Shown here piece by piece: positions 1 to 9,228 of a stretch of 60,244 bases of DNA; the first letter of the stretch is position 1, and every line of letters starts with the position of its first letter. The stretch comes from Candidatus Cloacimonadota bacterium. GTDB taxonomy: Bacteria; Cloacimonadota; Cloacimonadia; JGIOTU-2; B8-G9. A program made the translations under genes and the position numbers. The notes under the pieces are model-generated. The model had not been told where the DNA came from and searched no databases. It saw only the letters and a program-made list of their open reading frames with translations. The stretch covers positions 1 through 60,244 of the forward strand of contig QMNM01000001.1 of assembly GCA_003647765.1 (NCBI GenBank), given 5' to 3'.

Positions 1-123
1 AGAGAAAAGAGAAGAAGATATATTGAAGTGGCTGGATGATAACACTGAATCCTTACCTGAAGATTCTTTTCATCCTGAACTTATACCTGATTATACTCCG
101 ATTCCTTCCAAGCCTGTTTTGAA
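1..123. repeat. Terminal direct repeat copy A, identical to 60122-60244. Indicates a circular or circularly permuted genome of 60,121 bp.
   Basis: The window start agagaaaagagaagaagatatattgaagtgg...aagcctgttttgaa recurs exactly at the window end. Confidence 0.95.
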
Positions 124-3100
124 ACGGAAGCCCGAAAGGGTCTCTATGTTTTCTTTTGGTGTAGATTCAGATTTATCTCTGAAGAAGAAGATAGAATCAG
201 CGTATTCTATTTTTCAGAATGATTGGAGAGAGTTTTTACAGGCAAGGAAGGAGAGGCTTTCTCTGGCATGGAAGGCTGTATCAAAAGGCATAATTTCTCC
301 TGAAGAAGTAGATAAATTTGATTTTGTAGTTTCTGCTCTTGAGTGGGTAAAAGGAACTGATTTTAAGCATTTAATTAAGCGTGGGTTAGTAAATGAAAAG
401 GAAGCAAGGGTAAGGATTAAATTTTTTGAGACTTATGCCCAGAGAGTATGGAATGCTATTGGTGAAAGGCTTACAGGTTTAGATAATGTTTTAAAGAGCT
501 GGGCAAGGGGTGAGTTAAATTCAATAGATCCCAAAGATACTATTCATATAAGAGGATTGATTGAAGATGCTTTATCTGATTATCCTGCTTATACTCTCCA
601 GCAGTTAATAGAATTGCGTCGTGCTCATCGTATAGAGATTATTAGAAGGCTCTCAAAGAGTTATGCTTATACTTTACTGGACAGGTTTATTGAGAAAGGC
701 AGGAAGATAGATAAGAGTAGTTTAGATGCGATTTATAAGCAGTTAAGGAAATATGTAATCGGGTCTTATGTTTTAGCGATAGAAGGGAATGAGCGGAGTC
801 CTTTATTGAAAGAGTTAATGGGAGCTGGGTTATCAAAGCAACAAGCTATTCAACTTGTAAAGAATTCTTCTGCCAGAGCGACCCTGTTTTATCTTGATTA
901 TTTCTGGAGCAATTATGTTAAGGAATCAATGGGATTTTACAGGCTGGATACTCCTTTAGGCTGGGCTGGTGGTTTATTTAAATGGACCTGGGATTTAATC
1001 AAACTTGATTTCAATGCTCTACCTGCCAAATCAAAGAGATTACTGGTTGGCGAACTAGAAGATAACATTCTTCCTACAATAGATAAATTTATAGAGTTTG
1101 GTGATAAGTTATTAAGCATAAGGAAGACTCTGGAGCTTCCAGAGTATAAGCATATTTCAGCTATTAGGGCTTTAATGAAGAAGTTGCGGGATACTATTGA
1201 TGCTTATTTAAATAAGTCTTTGGATGTGAAGAAAGCCCAGAGAGAACTGGAGCATATCTGGAATGTTATTGTAGATAAATATGCAGTAGGGAATCACAGG
1301 GTTTTAGCCAAACTGGTTGCTAGAGAATTATTCCTTACTAATGCAAGGATTGGTTTACATAGGAAAGATGTTTCTGATTTTGAGAGATATAAATATCAAT
1401 CTGATGGTTTCCTGCGATTCTTGAAGCGGTATAATGATGCTTATAGTGCTTTATTGTATCTGGCAAAGAATGGAGAAGGTGCGACAAAGATTGTTGCAGA
1501 GCATTTATTGAAACTTCCTTATACCAGTATAGTTCTTCCACATGTTCCTATTAGGTTTGTAGAGAATTTATTTGGTGGAAAGACGACTGGTTTATATCGT
1601 CCCTATGAAGGTAACATGTTTGGAGAGATTATTGTTGATCCGAATGCTCTGCCCGATATTTTTGAAGCTACCATTTTTCATGAAATTTTACATGCATTGA
1701 CATTACATACACTTCATTTTTCCAAGAAAAGAGAAGAATATAGGGAAAGAATTAATAGTATTATAAACGATATTCGTCCATTGATTTCGGAGGAAGAATA
1801 CAAGTTAGGAAAATGGATAGTAGAAAATGAAGCAAGGCTTACCAAGCATGAATTGAAGGAAAAGATTGATAAGACTATTGCGAAAGATAGTCTTTTACAG
1901 GAGCATGTAGCTAGGTATGGAAAGCAGTCGTGGTTATCTTTTCTTGTTTCTCTACATGATCCTGATGAGTTTATTGTAACAGCTATAACTGAACCTGCGG
2001 GCAAGTTGTTCCTTATTGAGCATGATAAAAAATCCATCTGGAGAAAGATTCTTGATTTCATCAGGAACTTGTTAGGATTTCCAGTTGAAAAGAGAGAATT
2101 GTTTATCAGGACAGTTGACACTTTGATGGATATTGTTGCGGAATCTCATCCTATTTATGTTGCAGCTTTCAGGAAATACTTTAAGTTGCCTATAAATAAA
2201 ACTTTATATCAATTAGCTATGGCTTCTGCTGAAGAACTTTCTGATTTGGCTAACAGGATACAGAAAGAACATGAGTTAACAAGGCAAAGAATTAATCTTT
2301 CTGATTTTGAAGATAAGGTAAAAGATTTTGTTGAGCATATAAGGACATACAAAGCTCCTCCGCAAATGAAGGATATTAATATAATCAGGGAAAAATTTGG
2401 ATTACCTTTCTGGACAGCACTTCAAAATGAGTCTTTTAAGCCTTTATTTGATCATGTTACAAAGACAATGGAGAATAAGAATTTCACTTTACATGCTATT
2501 CTTCAGAAAGGAGAGACATATTTTAATGGGCTTGATGAAAAAAGAAGAAAGTATGTGGATTCTGCTATAAAGATAAGCGATGCTTTACAGGTCAGATTTA
2601 CGGAGGAGCATTTAAGGAATTTTCCAAGAGTTATTTCTAACATGAAGATTGCGTTCAATTTGATGTATCAGCTTTTGAAGCAGGAAGAAAGGTCTGGGTT
2701 AAATAGAAAGCAGAGAGCAGAGAGAAGGCAGGTTGTCCTGCAACGATTAAATGAAGCCACAAAGTTAGATTTACCAAAAGAATACTCTCAACCGCAGTAT
2801 GTTATCAGGTTTAAGCATTTCTTTGATTATGCAAGATTGCCAATAGACAAGTTATCCGATGAAGAAATAAAAGCATATAATAATTATGCAGAAGTAACTC
2901 AAGAGACTTTGAATCATCTAGGCGATACTTTCTTATCTCTGGTTTGTAAGCTGGTAATAAAGAACTATTTACAGAAGTTAAAGATAGATGTTCCTTCTAC
3001 TGTTCAGACTCAATGGATAAATACTTTAGTGGAGTTTGGTAAGGATATAGAGCAGGCTAGAGAGCGGGTTGCCCGAATGAATCCAGAAGCTAGAGAGATT

Positions 3101-5302
3101 TGGGAATCATTACTCAATGATTTGGAGGCTCATTCTCTCTATCAGAAATACAAAGAGATTCAGGATTTGATTAAAGATACCAAATTCTATTCTCCTCGTA
3201 TGAGAGATCCTGATGCTTCTGATATGATTGTAGTTGTAGAGAGAGAAAAATTCTTGGAAGAATACAGGAAGGCTTATAGAGAGACAGGTAATAGAGCGAA
3301 GGCTTTACAGCAAGCGTATTATGCGACTGCGAATGCCAATGGTGTCTATTTAAGAGAGCATGTTAGAAGAATAGATCCTGATTATAAGAGAAAGTTAGAG
3401 CATATTCAGTCTGTATTTAAAGATAGCAGGTTTCTTGTGCAGAGATTACCTAATTACAAGTTAGCGGAATCTGTCTGGGGCAATGTAAGTGAAGGAGATC
3501 TAGGAGCATTTCTCTCTGCTGTTGCAGAAAAAGTAAGGAAAGAAAATGTTGATTCTGAAACTTTAATGGGATTCTTGGAGAAGGTTGCAGATACAATTCA
3601 GACTGAATTGTTAGCTAAAAGTAGAGCAAAACAGAGATTTATTAAGAGAAATCCTTATCTGATTTTAGGATATACTCTGGATAATGTAAGGGAAGAATTA
3701 TTCAATTATGTAAACAATGCTTCTAATTATGCTGCCCGAATGGTAGCATTGGTAGAAGGATTACCTTTATTGAATCAAATAGATCCTTATCAGCAGAGAA
3801 GGTTGAGAGATTATGCTCATAAATGGTTCTTTGATCAATTGAAGCCACAGAGCCAGTTTGATCGTATTGTAGGAAAAGTAAAATCCTTGATGTTTATCTG
3901 GTATTTGGGCGGAGTGATTCGTCCTGCTTTAATTCAATTTACACAAATGTTTATTTCTACCATTCCAATGACAAGTATTGTTTATGATATTCCAATAACC
4001 AGAAGTATCTCTGTTTTTATGAAGGCTTATAGAGATGTATTGGATCACAGGAATTTAGATGAAAATAAGTATTTGACTGCGGACGAAAAAGAGTTCCTGC
4101 GGATTACATATACAAGTGGAATAACCACAGCTCAATTTATCAATCAGATGAGAGATGAAGTTGCGGGCAGAGGAAAAGTTCTCTCTACTCTGGCTACTTG
4201 GTTGACTACTCCTTTTGCATATATGGAAGAAAATAACAGGCTGGCAACAGCTTTAGGAATTTACAGGATTTTGAAAGAGAAAGGAATAGTCAGGCATGCA
4301 AAGGATAAGAAAGCTATGGAAGAAGCTACAACAATTGTTAATATGTCTCATTATTTAATGGGTAAACTCAATCTTCCTATTATAGCAACAGGTGGAGATG
4401 TGGCTTCTGGTTTAATGCGTCTAGCTCTTACTTTCCGTTCATTTACATTAAACTTATTAGAATCTTATATTTACATGCTCCGACATCTGCCTAAAGGACA
4501 GAGAGTTTGGGGTCTCAATAAAGAAGGATTGAGATTTGTTGGATATAGTTTTGCTGCCTTTACCTTATTCGGTGGAATTCTAGCAATACCTTTCCTTGAT
4601 GACTGGCTACAATTATTAGAAAGATTGACAGGAATTCCTATAAGAAAAAGGTTAGTTACTGTATTTGGAAATCCAGATTCTCCGCTATCTGTTGCTTTAG
4701 AAAGAGGATTACCTGCTGCCCTGATAGGTATGGATTTAAGCGGTTCATTGAAGATAGAATTCCCAAGACGACCAGAAGATATTTTGAATACTATTTTTGG
4801 AGTATATGGTGGACTTTCAAAGAGTTTTGCGGACGCAATGGTTGCTTTAGATGGTTATGATAGTTTGAACATCTTGTATAGGATTATGCCACAAGTGTTT
4901 GCCAATCCGATCAGGGCTTATGAAGCATATAAAGGAATAAAGAATCAATACAATAAAGTAATTCTGGACGAAGAAGGGCGACCATTGAGACTTACAGAAG
5001 GAGAAGCTGTCCTACTTGCACTTGGAATTAGACCAACAAGGTTGGGCAGAACTTATCTCTATAAGAGCACAAGTAGGAACATAGAAAAATACTTTGATAG
5101 TAAGCGGAAGGCTATATACAATGCTTATAGAAGTGCAAAGACTGCATCAGAGAGATGGAAAGTTTACAGGATGATTTATGAATATAACATGGAAGCTGCC
5201 AAATATGTATCTATTCCAAAGATTACTTTACAATCCCTGAAGGCAGCTTCCAAACCTGTTGAGAGCAAGCTAACACAAGAATTGAAACTTAAGGGTTATT
5301 AA
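1..5302 (+). CDS. Giant virion/ejection, polyvalent-like protein, C-terminal part. It is the continuation of 57084..60244 across the circular junction.
   Basis: The frame is open from base 2. Positions 23 and 60144 are equivalent and in frame with the ATG at 57084. An HExxH motif (HEILH) lies at 1679-1693. Several hydrophobic TM-like segments occur near the C-terminus (SLMFIWYLGGVIRPALIQF, FVGYSFAAFTLFGGILAIPFL). It is the last gene of the structural operon. Confidence 0.8.
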   Translation, partial: EKREEDILKWLDDNTESLPEDSFHPELIPDYTPIPSKPVLKRKPERVSMFSFGVDSDLSLKKKIESAYSIFQNDWREFLQARKERLSLAWKAVSKGIISPEEVDKFDFVVSALEWVKGTDFKHLIKRGLVNEKEARVRIKFFETYAQRVWNAIGERLTGLDNVLKSWARGELNSIDPKDTIHIRGLIEDALSDYPAYTLQQLIELRRAHRIEIIRRLSKSYAYTLLDRFIEKGRKIDKSSLDAIYKQLRKYVIGSYVLAIEGNERSPLLKELMGAGLSKQQAIQLVKNSSARATLFYLDYFWSNYVKESMGFYRLDTPLGWAGGLFKWTWDLIKLDFNALPAKSKRLLVGELEDNILPTIDKFIEFGDKLLSIRKTLELPEYKHISAIRALMKKLRDTIDAYLNKSLDVKKAQRELEHIWNVIVDKYAVGNHRVLAKLVARELFLTNARIGLHRKDVSDFERYKYQSDGFLRFLKRYNDAYSALLYLAKNGEGATKIVAEHLLKLPYTSIVLPHVPIRFVENLFGGKTTGLYRPYEGNMFGEIIVDPNALPDIFEATIFHEILHALTLHTLHFSKKREEYRERINSIINDIRPLISEEEYKLGKWIVENEARLTKHELKEKIDKTIAKDSLLQEHVARYGKQSWLSFLVSLHDPDEFIVTAITEPAGKLFLIEHDKKSIWRKILDFIRNLLGFPVEKRELFIRTVDTLMDIVAESHPIYVAAFRKYFKLPINKTLYQLAMASAEELSDLANRIQKEHELTRQRINLSDFEDKVKDFVEHIRTYKAPPQMKDINIIREKFGLPFWTALQNESFKPLFDHVTKTMENKNFTLHAILQKGETYFNGLDEKRRKYVDSAIKISDALQVRFTEEHLRNFPRVISNMKIAFNLMYQLLKQEERSGLNRKQRAERRQVVLQRLNEATKLDLPKEYSQPQYVIRFKHFFDYARLPIDKLSDEEIKAYNNYAEVTQETLNHLGDTFLSLVCKLVIKNYLQKLKIDVPSTVQTQWINTLVEFGKDIEQARERVARMNPEAREIWESLLNDLEAHSLYQKYKEIQDLIKDTKFYSPRMRDPDASDMIVVVEREKFLEEYRKAYRETGNRAKALQQAYYATANANGVYLREHVRRIDPDYKRKLEHIQSVFKDSRFLVQRLPNYKLAESVWGNVSEGDLGAFLSAVAEKVRKENVDSETLMGFLEKVADTIQTELLAKSRAKQRFIKRNPYLILGYTLDNVREELFNYVNNASNYAARMVALVEGLPLLNQIDPYQQRRLRDYAHKWFFDQLKPQSQFDRIVGKVKSLMFIWYLGGVIRPALIQFTQMFISTIPMTSIVYDIPITRSISVFMKAYRDVLDHRNLDENKYLTADEKEFLRITYTSGITTAQFINQMRDEVAGRGKVLSTLATWLTTPFAYMEENNRLATALGIYRILKEKGIVRHAKDKKAMEEATTIVNMSHYLMGKLNLPIIATGGDVASGLMRLALTFRSFTLNLLESYIYMLRHLPKGQRVWGLNKEGLRFVGYSFAAFTLFGGILAIPFLDDWLQLLERLTGIPIRKRLVTVFGNPDSPLSVALERGLPAALIGMDLSGSLKIEFPRRPEDILNTIFGVYGGLSKSFADAMVALDGYDSLNILYRIMPQVFANPIRAYEAYKGIKNQYNKVILDEEGRPLRLTEGEAVLLALGIRPTRLGRTYLYKSTSRNIEKYFDSKRKAIYNAYRSAKTASERWKVYRMIYEYNMEAAKYVSIPKITLQSLKAASKPVESKLTQELKLKGY

Positions 5303-7673
5303 AACTCAAATCCTTTCCTATTTTTCCTTCAGTTTCAATGGGGTATCCAACATTGATGCCCCAATGCTTTTTTATGTATTCTTTCGTTCTATTTTCAAAA
5401 CAATCTTTCAATATCTCTTGTGCTTTTTCGGCAACATCTTCTCTTGCTCTATAATAGTAGGCATCGTGGATAAAAAGGTTAGTCAGGATTACTTTATCTT
5501 TCAGGTCGGGGCGGGATTTTATTTCCTTCCAGAACAACATTATTCCAAGACATGCTAGTTCGCTACTGAAATTCTGAACAGGAGTATTGATTGCCTGCCT
5601 TTCCGCTTTACTTCTCAACCTGAAATCATCAGAATCAATATGCGGTAAATGTCTTTTCCTTCCTAAAACACATCTTATATACTTATGCTTTCTTGCAAAC
5701 TTAACCATTCGTTCATGATATAAAGGAAGTTTCCAGTATCCATTGGGTTTAGAGAAGAAAAGTTCTCTATATCGCTCTGCTTCTTCTAAAGTGAAGACGA
5801 CATCATAGTTTTTAAAAGCATAATCAACCAGAGAATTTGCCTGCATTCCGTATATTAATCCAAAATTTATCGGCTTTGAGAGCTGTCTCAAGTCTTTAGT
5901 AATTTCTTCTAAAGGCTTTCCTGAAATAAGGGAGGCTGTTCTTTTATGTAAATCTATCCCTTCATCTAAAGATTTCAGGATATTTTCATCTTGAGCCAGC
6001 CAGCCTATTATTCTCATTTCACTTTGACTTAAATCCTGACTGCATATAACCCAGCCATCTTCGGCTACAATATTTCCCAAAACCTTTTCAGAGAATTCTC
6101 CGTGTGCTGGAAATTGTTGCATAGGAGGGTCTAATATTACAGTTCTCCCTGTTACTGTTCCTGTTAGGAATATCTTTGGGTAAATATATCCATCTGGATA
6201 CAGATTTTTTCTTATTGCTTTGATGTAAGTGTTCAGAATTTTGCTTATCTGTTTATATCTTAATAGCTTTGCGACCCATTCGTTATCTTTGAATCGTTTT
6301 AGATGATATTTATCGGTAGAAGGTTGTTTTGTTTTTTCTGTAAATTCAACAGGTTTCAATCCCAGCCCTTTCTTTGTAAACATAAACTTTGCAATGATGT
6401 CGGGAGTTAATGAGTCTGCATCTTTCTTTATTGATTTAGGGATAGCATCCATTAATTCCTTTTCCAATTTTTTCATCTCTGTATAGAGAGAATCTTCGTT
6501 TTCATCTAGTTTATTCAGGTCTATTTTCCATCCGTTCGCAGATACATCGCTGAAAACGTTTTCAACGGGAAGGCAGTAATATTTGTAATATCTGGTTAAT
6601 TTTTTATCTTCCATAATCTTTTTCTTCAGGACATTGAAGACTTCAATAGTAACTTTAGCATCAAGACTGACATAATTCAGGAGCTTGCTTTCTTCTAATT
6701 TTTCCATCTCTGTCCTATTTCTATTCACTACATCTTTTATATTGTAGTAGGAAGTGAAGACATTTGCCAGATGCTCTAGGGAATAGGAAGCTAGGTTTTC
6801 ATCTACAACATGAGCCATTGTCATTACATCAAATATTTGTCCTTTAACTTCGCAACCAAGATTCTTTTTACATACAAGTTCATCAAAAGGACGATTATGC
6901 ACGACTTTCTTTATATTCTCATCTTCCAGTATTTTCTTTATACTTTCTTTGAGTTTATTGTCTTTGGTAAGGGATGCGTAGGGCAACCCTTCTTTTCCTG
7001 CCAGACCTATACATAAGACTTTTCCTTTCATGTGTGCGACCCGCAGGTTCTCTGTTTCAAGGTCAAAAGCTATTATTTTTCCTTTGGGCAAATTGATTGT
7101 TGTATATTCATGTTTAAAATCTTCCTTCTGTTTATAGAGAGCGACAGCATGTTTGATGTCGGCATAAAACAATTTCTCTACTTCATTCATCTTTTCTAAT
7201 GGAATATACGGATACCCACGCTTGCATTGTCTTAAAACATAGGCAGGATGAAATGTTGGAATAACAACAGCATCTCCGAAGGGAAATTGTAGTCCTCTGA
7301 AACTGGAAATTCTTTTCTTATTGAACATCTGATAGAGAGCCAGTTCTCCTAATAAGACAATCACTTTGGGTTTGAGGATTCCCAGAGCTTTTACAACATG
7401 TTCTTTACAGCACTTTGATGCTTTTTCTAAATCGGTTTTTTTATCCTGCCCTAATTTCTGGCACATTGTAGCATTCAAGATAGATATATCTACTCTAGAC
7501 ATCCCAAAGAGTGAAAACGTTTTCATTAAGAGTCGCCCACTTTCTCCTACAAAAGGACGACCTTCTCTTACTTCTTCCCACCCAGGACCTTCTCCTATAA
7601 CCACAAATTCAGGATTATTTTTCTCATATTTAACTTTCTTTCTTCCTTTAAAAGGACAATCTTTACAGCTCAT
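5289..7673 (-). CDS. polA: Family-A DNA polymerase fused to an N-terminal family-4 uracil-DNA-glycosylase-like domain and a 3'-5' exonuclease domain.
   Basis: UDG4 motifs GEGPG..PFVGESGRLL and HPAYVLR, plus N-terminal Cys residues. Exo I motif FDLETENL. Pol motif A DLSQSEMRI and motif B RQLSKPINFGLIYGM. Motif C-like IHDA. Confidence 0.9.
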   Translation of the reverse strand: MSCKDCPFKGRKKVKYEKNNPEFVVIGEGPGWEEVREGRPFVGESGRLLMKTFSLFGMSRVDISILNATMCQKLGQDKKTDLEKASKCCKEHVVKALGILKPKVIVLLGELALYQMFNKKRISSFRGLQFPFGDAVVIPTFHPAYVLRQCKRGYPYIPLEKMNEVEKLFYADIKHAVALYKQKEDFKHEYTTINLPKGKIIAFDLETENLRVAHMKGKVLCIGLAGKEGLPYASLTKDNKLKESIKKILEDENIKKVVHNRPFDELVCKKNLGCEVKGQIFDVMTMAHVVDENLASYSLEHLANVFTSYYNIKDVVNRNRTEMEKLEESKLLNYVSLDAKVTIEVFNVLKKKIMEDKKLTRYYKYYCLPVENVFSDVSANGWKIDLNKLDENEDSLYTEMKKLEKELMDAIPKSIKKDADSLTPDIIAKFMFTKKGLGLKPVEFTEKTKQPSTDKYHLKRFKDNEWVAKLLRYKQISKILNTYIKAIRKNLYPDGYIYPKIFLTGTVTGRTVILDPPMQQFPAHGEFSEKVLGNIVAEDGWVICSQDLSQSEMRIIGWLAQDENILKSLDEGIDLHKRTASLISGKPLEEITKDLRQLSKPINFGLIYGMQANSLVDYAFKNYDVVFTLEEAERYRELFFSKPNGYWKLPLYHERMVKFARKHKYIRCVLGRKRHLPHIDSDDFRLRSKAERQAINTPVQNFSSELACLGIMLFWKEIKSRPDLKDKVILTNLFIHDAYYYRAREDVAEKAQEILKDCFENRTKEYIKKHWGINVGYPIETEGKIGKDLSFNNP
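6551..6564. repeat. TGAAAACGTTTTCA palindrome, perfect copy, inside polA.
   Basis: Read as E-N-V-F. Confidence 0.95.
7512..7525. repeat. Palindrome, perfect copy, inside the polA UDG domain.
   Basis: Read as K-T-F-S. Confidence 0.95.
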
Positions 7674-7692
7674 TATTGCCCTCCTTTATCTT

Positions 7693-8892
7693 TCATTGTA
7701 ATTTTAGGAAAGAAAAAATCCATGCTATTACATCAACAGTCCAAGCATTGCCTATTGTTTTATATCTTTGTGTGTCAGATATTTGTTTAATTCTGCCGTT
7801 TTCAAAAATTCCGTATTTTGTATAGTTATCGGGTAAAGTTTGTAATCTTTCACATTCAAGAGGAGTTAATCTCCTAATTTTTACTTTACTTCTATCTTTT
7901 TCAAACACAAGTTGTCTTCTATGCTTTTCAAAATACTGTTTCAGGTTTCCTCCTTTATAATAATTAGCATCAATACATAACGATTTGTTTCTATCTGTGA
8001 TATATTTTTCTTCAATTATTTTTGGTTGTCTGTAACCACCCTGCATTGTAGTCAATGTAGGAGATTTACCTTCAGAACTATAAATTCTTTTTATACAATC
8101 CTGTCCTTTTATAGCCAGCTCTGCTACTTGCCTGCATCTCAAACTTTCATTTACCCAACAATTTCCGTTTGAGAAATTTGTTCTCAATGTAGTAGCTTTT
8201 CCGTCAGTAATGTTCCTTCTGTTGTAAGGGTCTATAATAAAATCAAGTTTATCAGGAAGGTATTTAAAAGGCTTTTTTATGTAATATTTTTCATCTACTT
8301 CACTCTCCAAAATATCTTTCAGTAAAATACCTTTATCTTCTGGCAATCCTTTTATAGGTATATTTGTCCAATATAATCTCTTTCTATTTTGAGCTGATAC
8401 TAAAGCAGAATTGATTTCAACAGGTTCTACTTCCAGAGTTTCTGTTATTACTTTTTCCCATTTTTTCTGCATTTTTACATTTTCAAGCAAAAACCATTTA
8501 GGTCTAATTTCCTTTAATAATCTTACAAATTCCCAGAACAGATAAGATTGTCCTTCAAATTCAAATTTCTGCTGTTTTAATTCCAGATATTGTTCTAAAG
8601 TAGTAACTTCTATTTTTGTTTTAGTTGACATTCCATATCTTTTCCCACACAAAGAAAATCCCTGGCAAGGACTTCCTCCCATTATTAAATCAATATCTTC
8701 AAAATCTTCTCCTTTCAAATTTCTAATATCACCAACAAAGATTGTATTGGGAAAATTATATCTTGTTATTGCAATTGCATATTTATCAATCTCACTTGCA
8801 TAATAATTTTCATATTCAATACCTGCTCTATTCAGAGCTAATCTTCCACAAGAAATACCATCAAAAAGACTTAAGATATTCCTTAATTTCAT
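7693..8892 (-). CDS. DNA (cytosine-5)-methyltransferase.
   Basis: Motif I LFDGISCG, motif IV GGSPCQGFS, motif VI LLENV, motif X QRYKTIGNAWTV. Confidence 0.9.
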   Translation of the reverse strand: MKLRNILSLFDGISCGRLALNRAGIEYENYYASEIDKYAIAITRYNFPNTIFVGDIRNLKGEDFEDIDLIMGGSPCQGFSLCGKRYGMSTKTKIEVTTLEQYLELKQQKFEFEGQSYLFWEFVRLLKEIRPKWFLLENVKMQKKWEKVITETLEVEPVEINSALVSAQNRKRLYWTNIPIKGLPEDKGILLKDILESEVDEKYYIKKPFKYLPDKLDFIIDPYNRRNITDGKATTLRTNFSNGNCWVNESLRCRQVAELAIKGQDCIKRIYSSEGKSPTLTTMQGGYRQPKIIEEKYITDRNKSLCIDANYYKGGNLKQYFEKHRRQLVFEKDRSKVKIRRLTPLECERLQTLPDNYTKYGIFENGRIKQISDTQRYKTIGNAWTVDVIAWIFSFLKLQ

Positions 8893-8919
8893 ACTCCCCT
8901 TCTCCTATTTTCAGGGTTT

Positions 8920-9228
8920 TCAGGATTTCAAAAGTTCTAAAAAGTCTTTAACTCTAATAATCACAAAATCATTTTCATGTCTTTTTCCTGTAATATGCAC
9001 GACTACAATAGGGATCTTTCCTTTTGCCAGCGGGTCTTTTTTAGTGTATTCTTCCGCTTGCCGATACCATTTTTCTCCCACAAACTTCTTTCTTGATTTC
9101 GCTTCAATACAGAATTTCTCCGTTATTACATCGCTTTCTCCCAGCACTCCGACATCCTTTCCATTAAACAATTCAGCTATTGCTTTCTGGTTAGCCTTTC
9201 CTCTCCTTCTATTTCTCTTTGGATTCAT
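8920..9228 (-). CDS. Small PD-(D/E)XK nuclease, a possible Holliday-junction resolvase.
   Basis: GESDV...CIEAKSRK resembles a D...ExK core. The start was moved to the ATG at 9228, which has AAGGAGG 5 nt upstream. Confidence 0.55.
   Translation of the reverse strand: MNPKRNRRRGKANQKAIAELFNGKDVGVLGESDVITEKFCIEAKSRKKFVGEKWYRQAEEYTKKDPLAKGKIPIVVVHITGKRHENDFVIIRVKDFLELLKS

Noticed and set aside
23-5302. Track ORF presented as a 1,759-aa protein starting at a TTG at position 23.
   Set aside because: The frame is open upstream to base 2. Through the 123-bp terminal identity it is continuous with the ORF that starts at 57084. The TTG is an internal Leu codon.
5289-5302. A 14-bp overlap between the convergent stop regions of the giant ORF and polA, considered as a special regulatory element.
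   Set aside because: It is a short convergent overlap with no associated structure. It is noted under the polA finding but is not evidence of a distinct feature.
6551-6564. Reading the 14-bp palindrome as a simple intrinsic terminator hairpin.
   Set aside because: It could form at most a 5-bp A/U stem with a 4-nt loop and no obligatory U-tract. Genuine GC-rich terminators sit next to some copies. Eleven copies lie inside essential CDSs.
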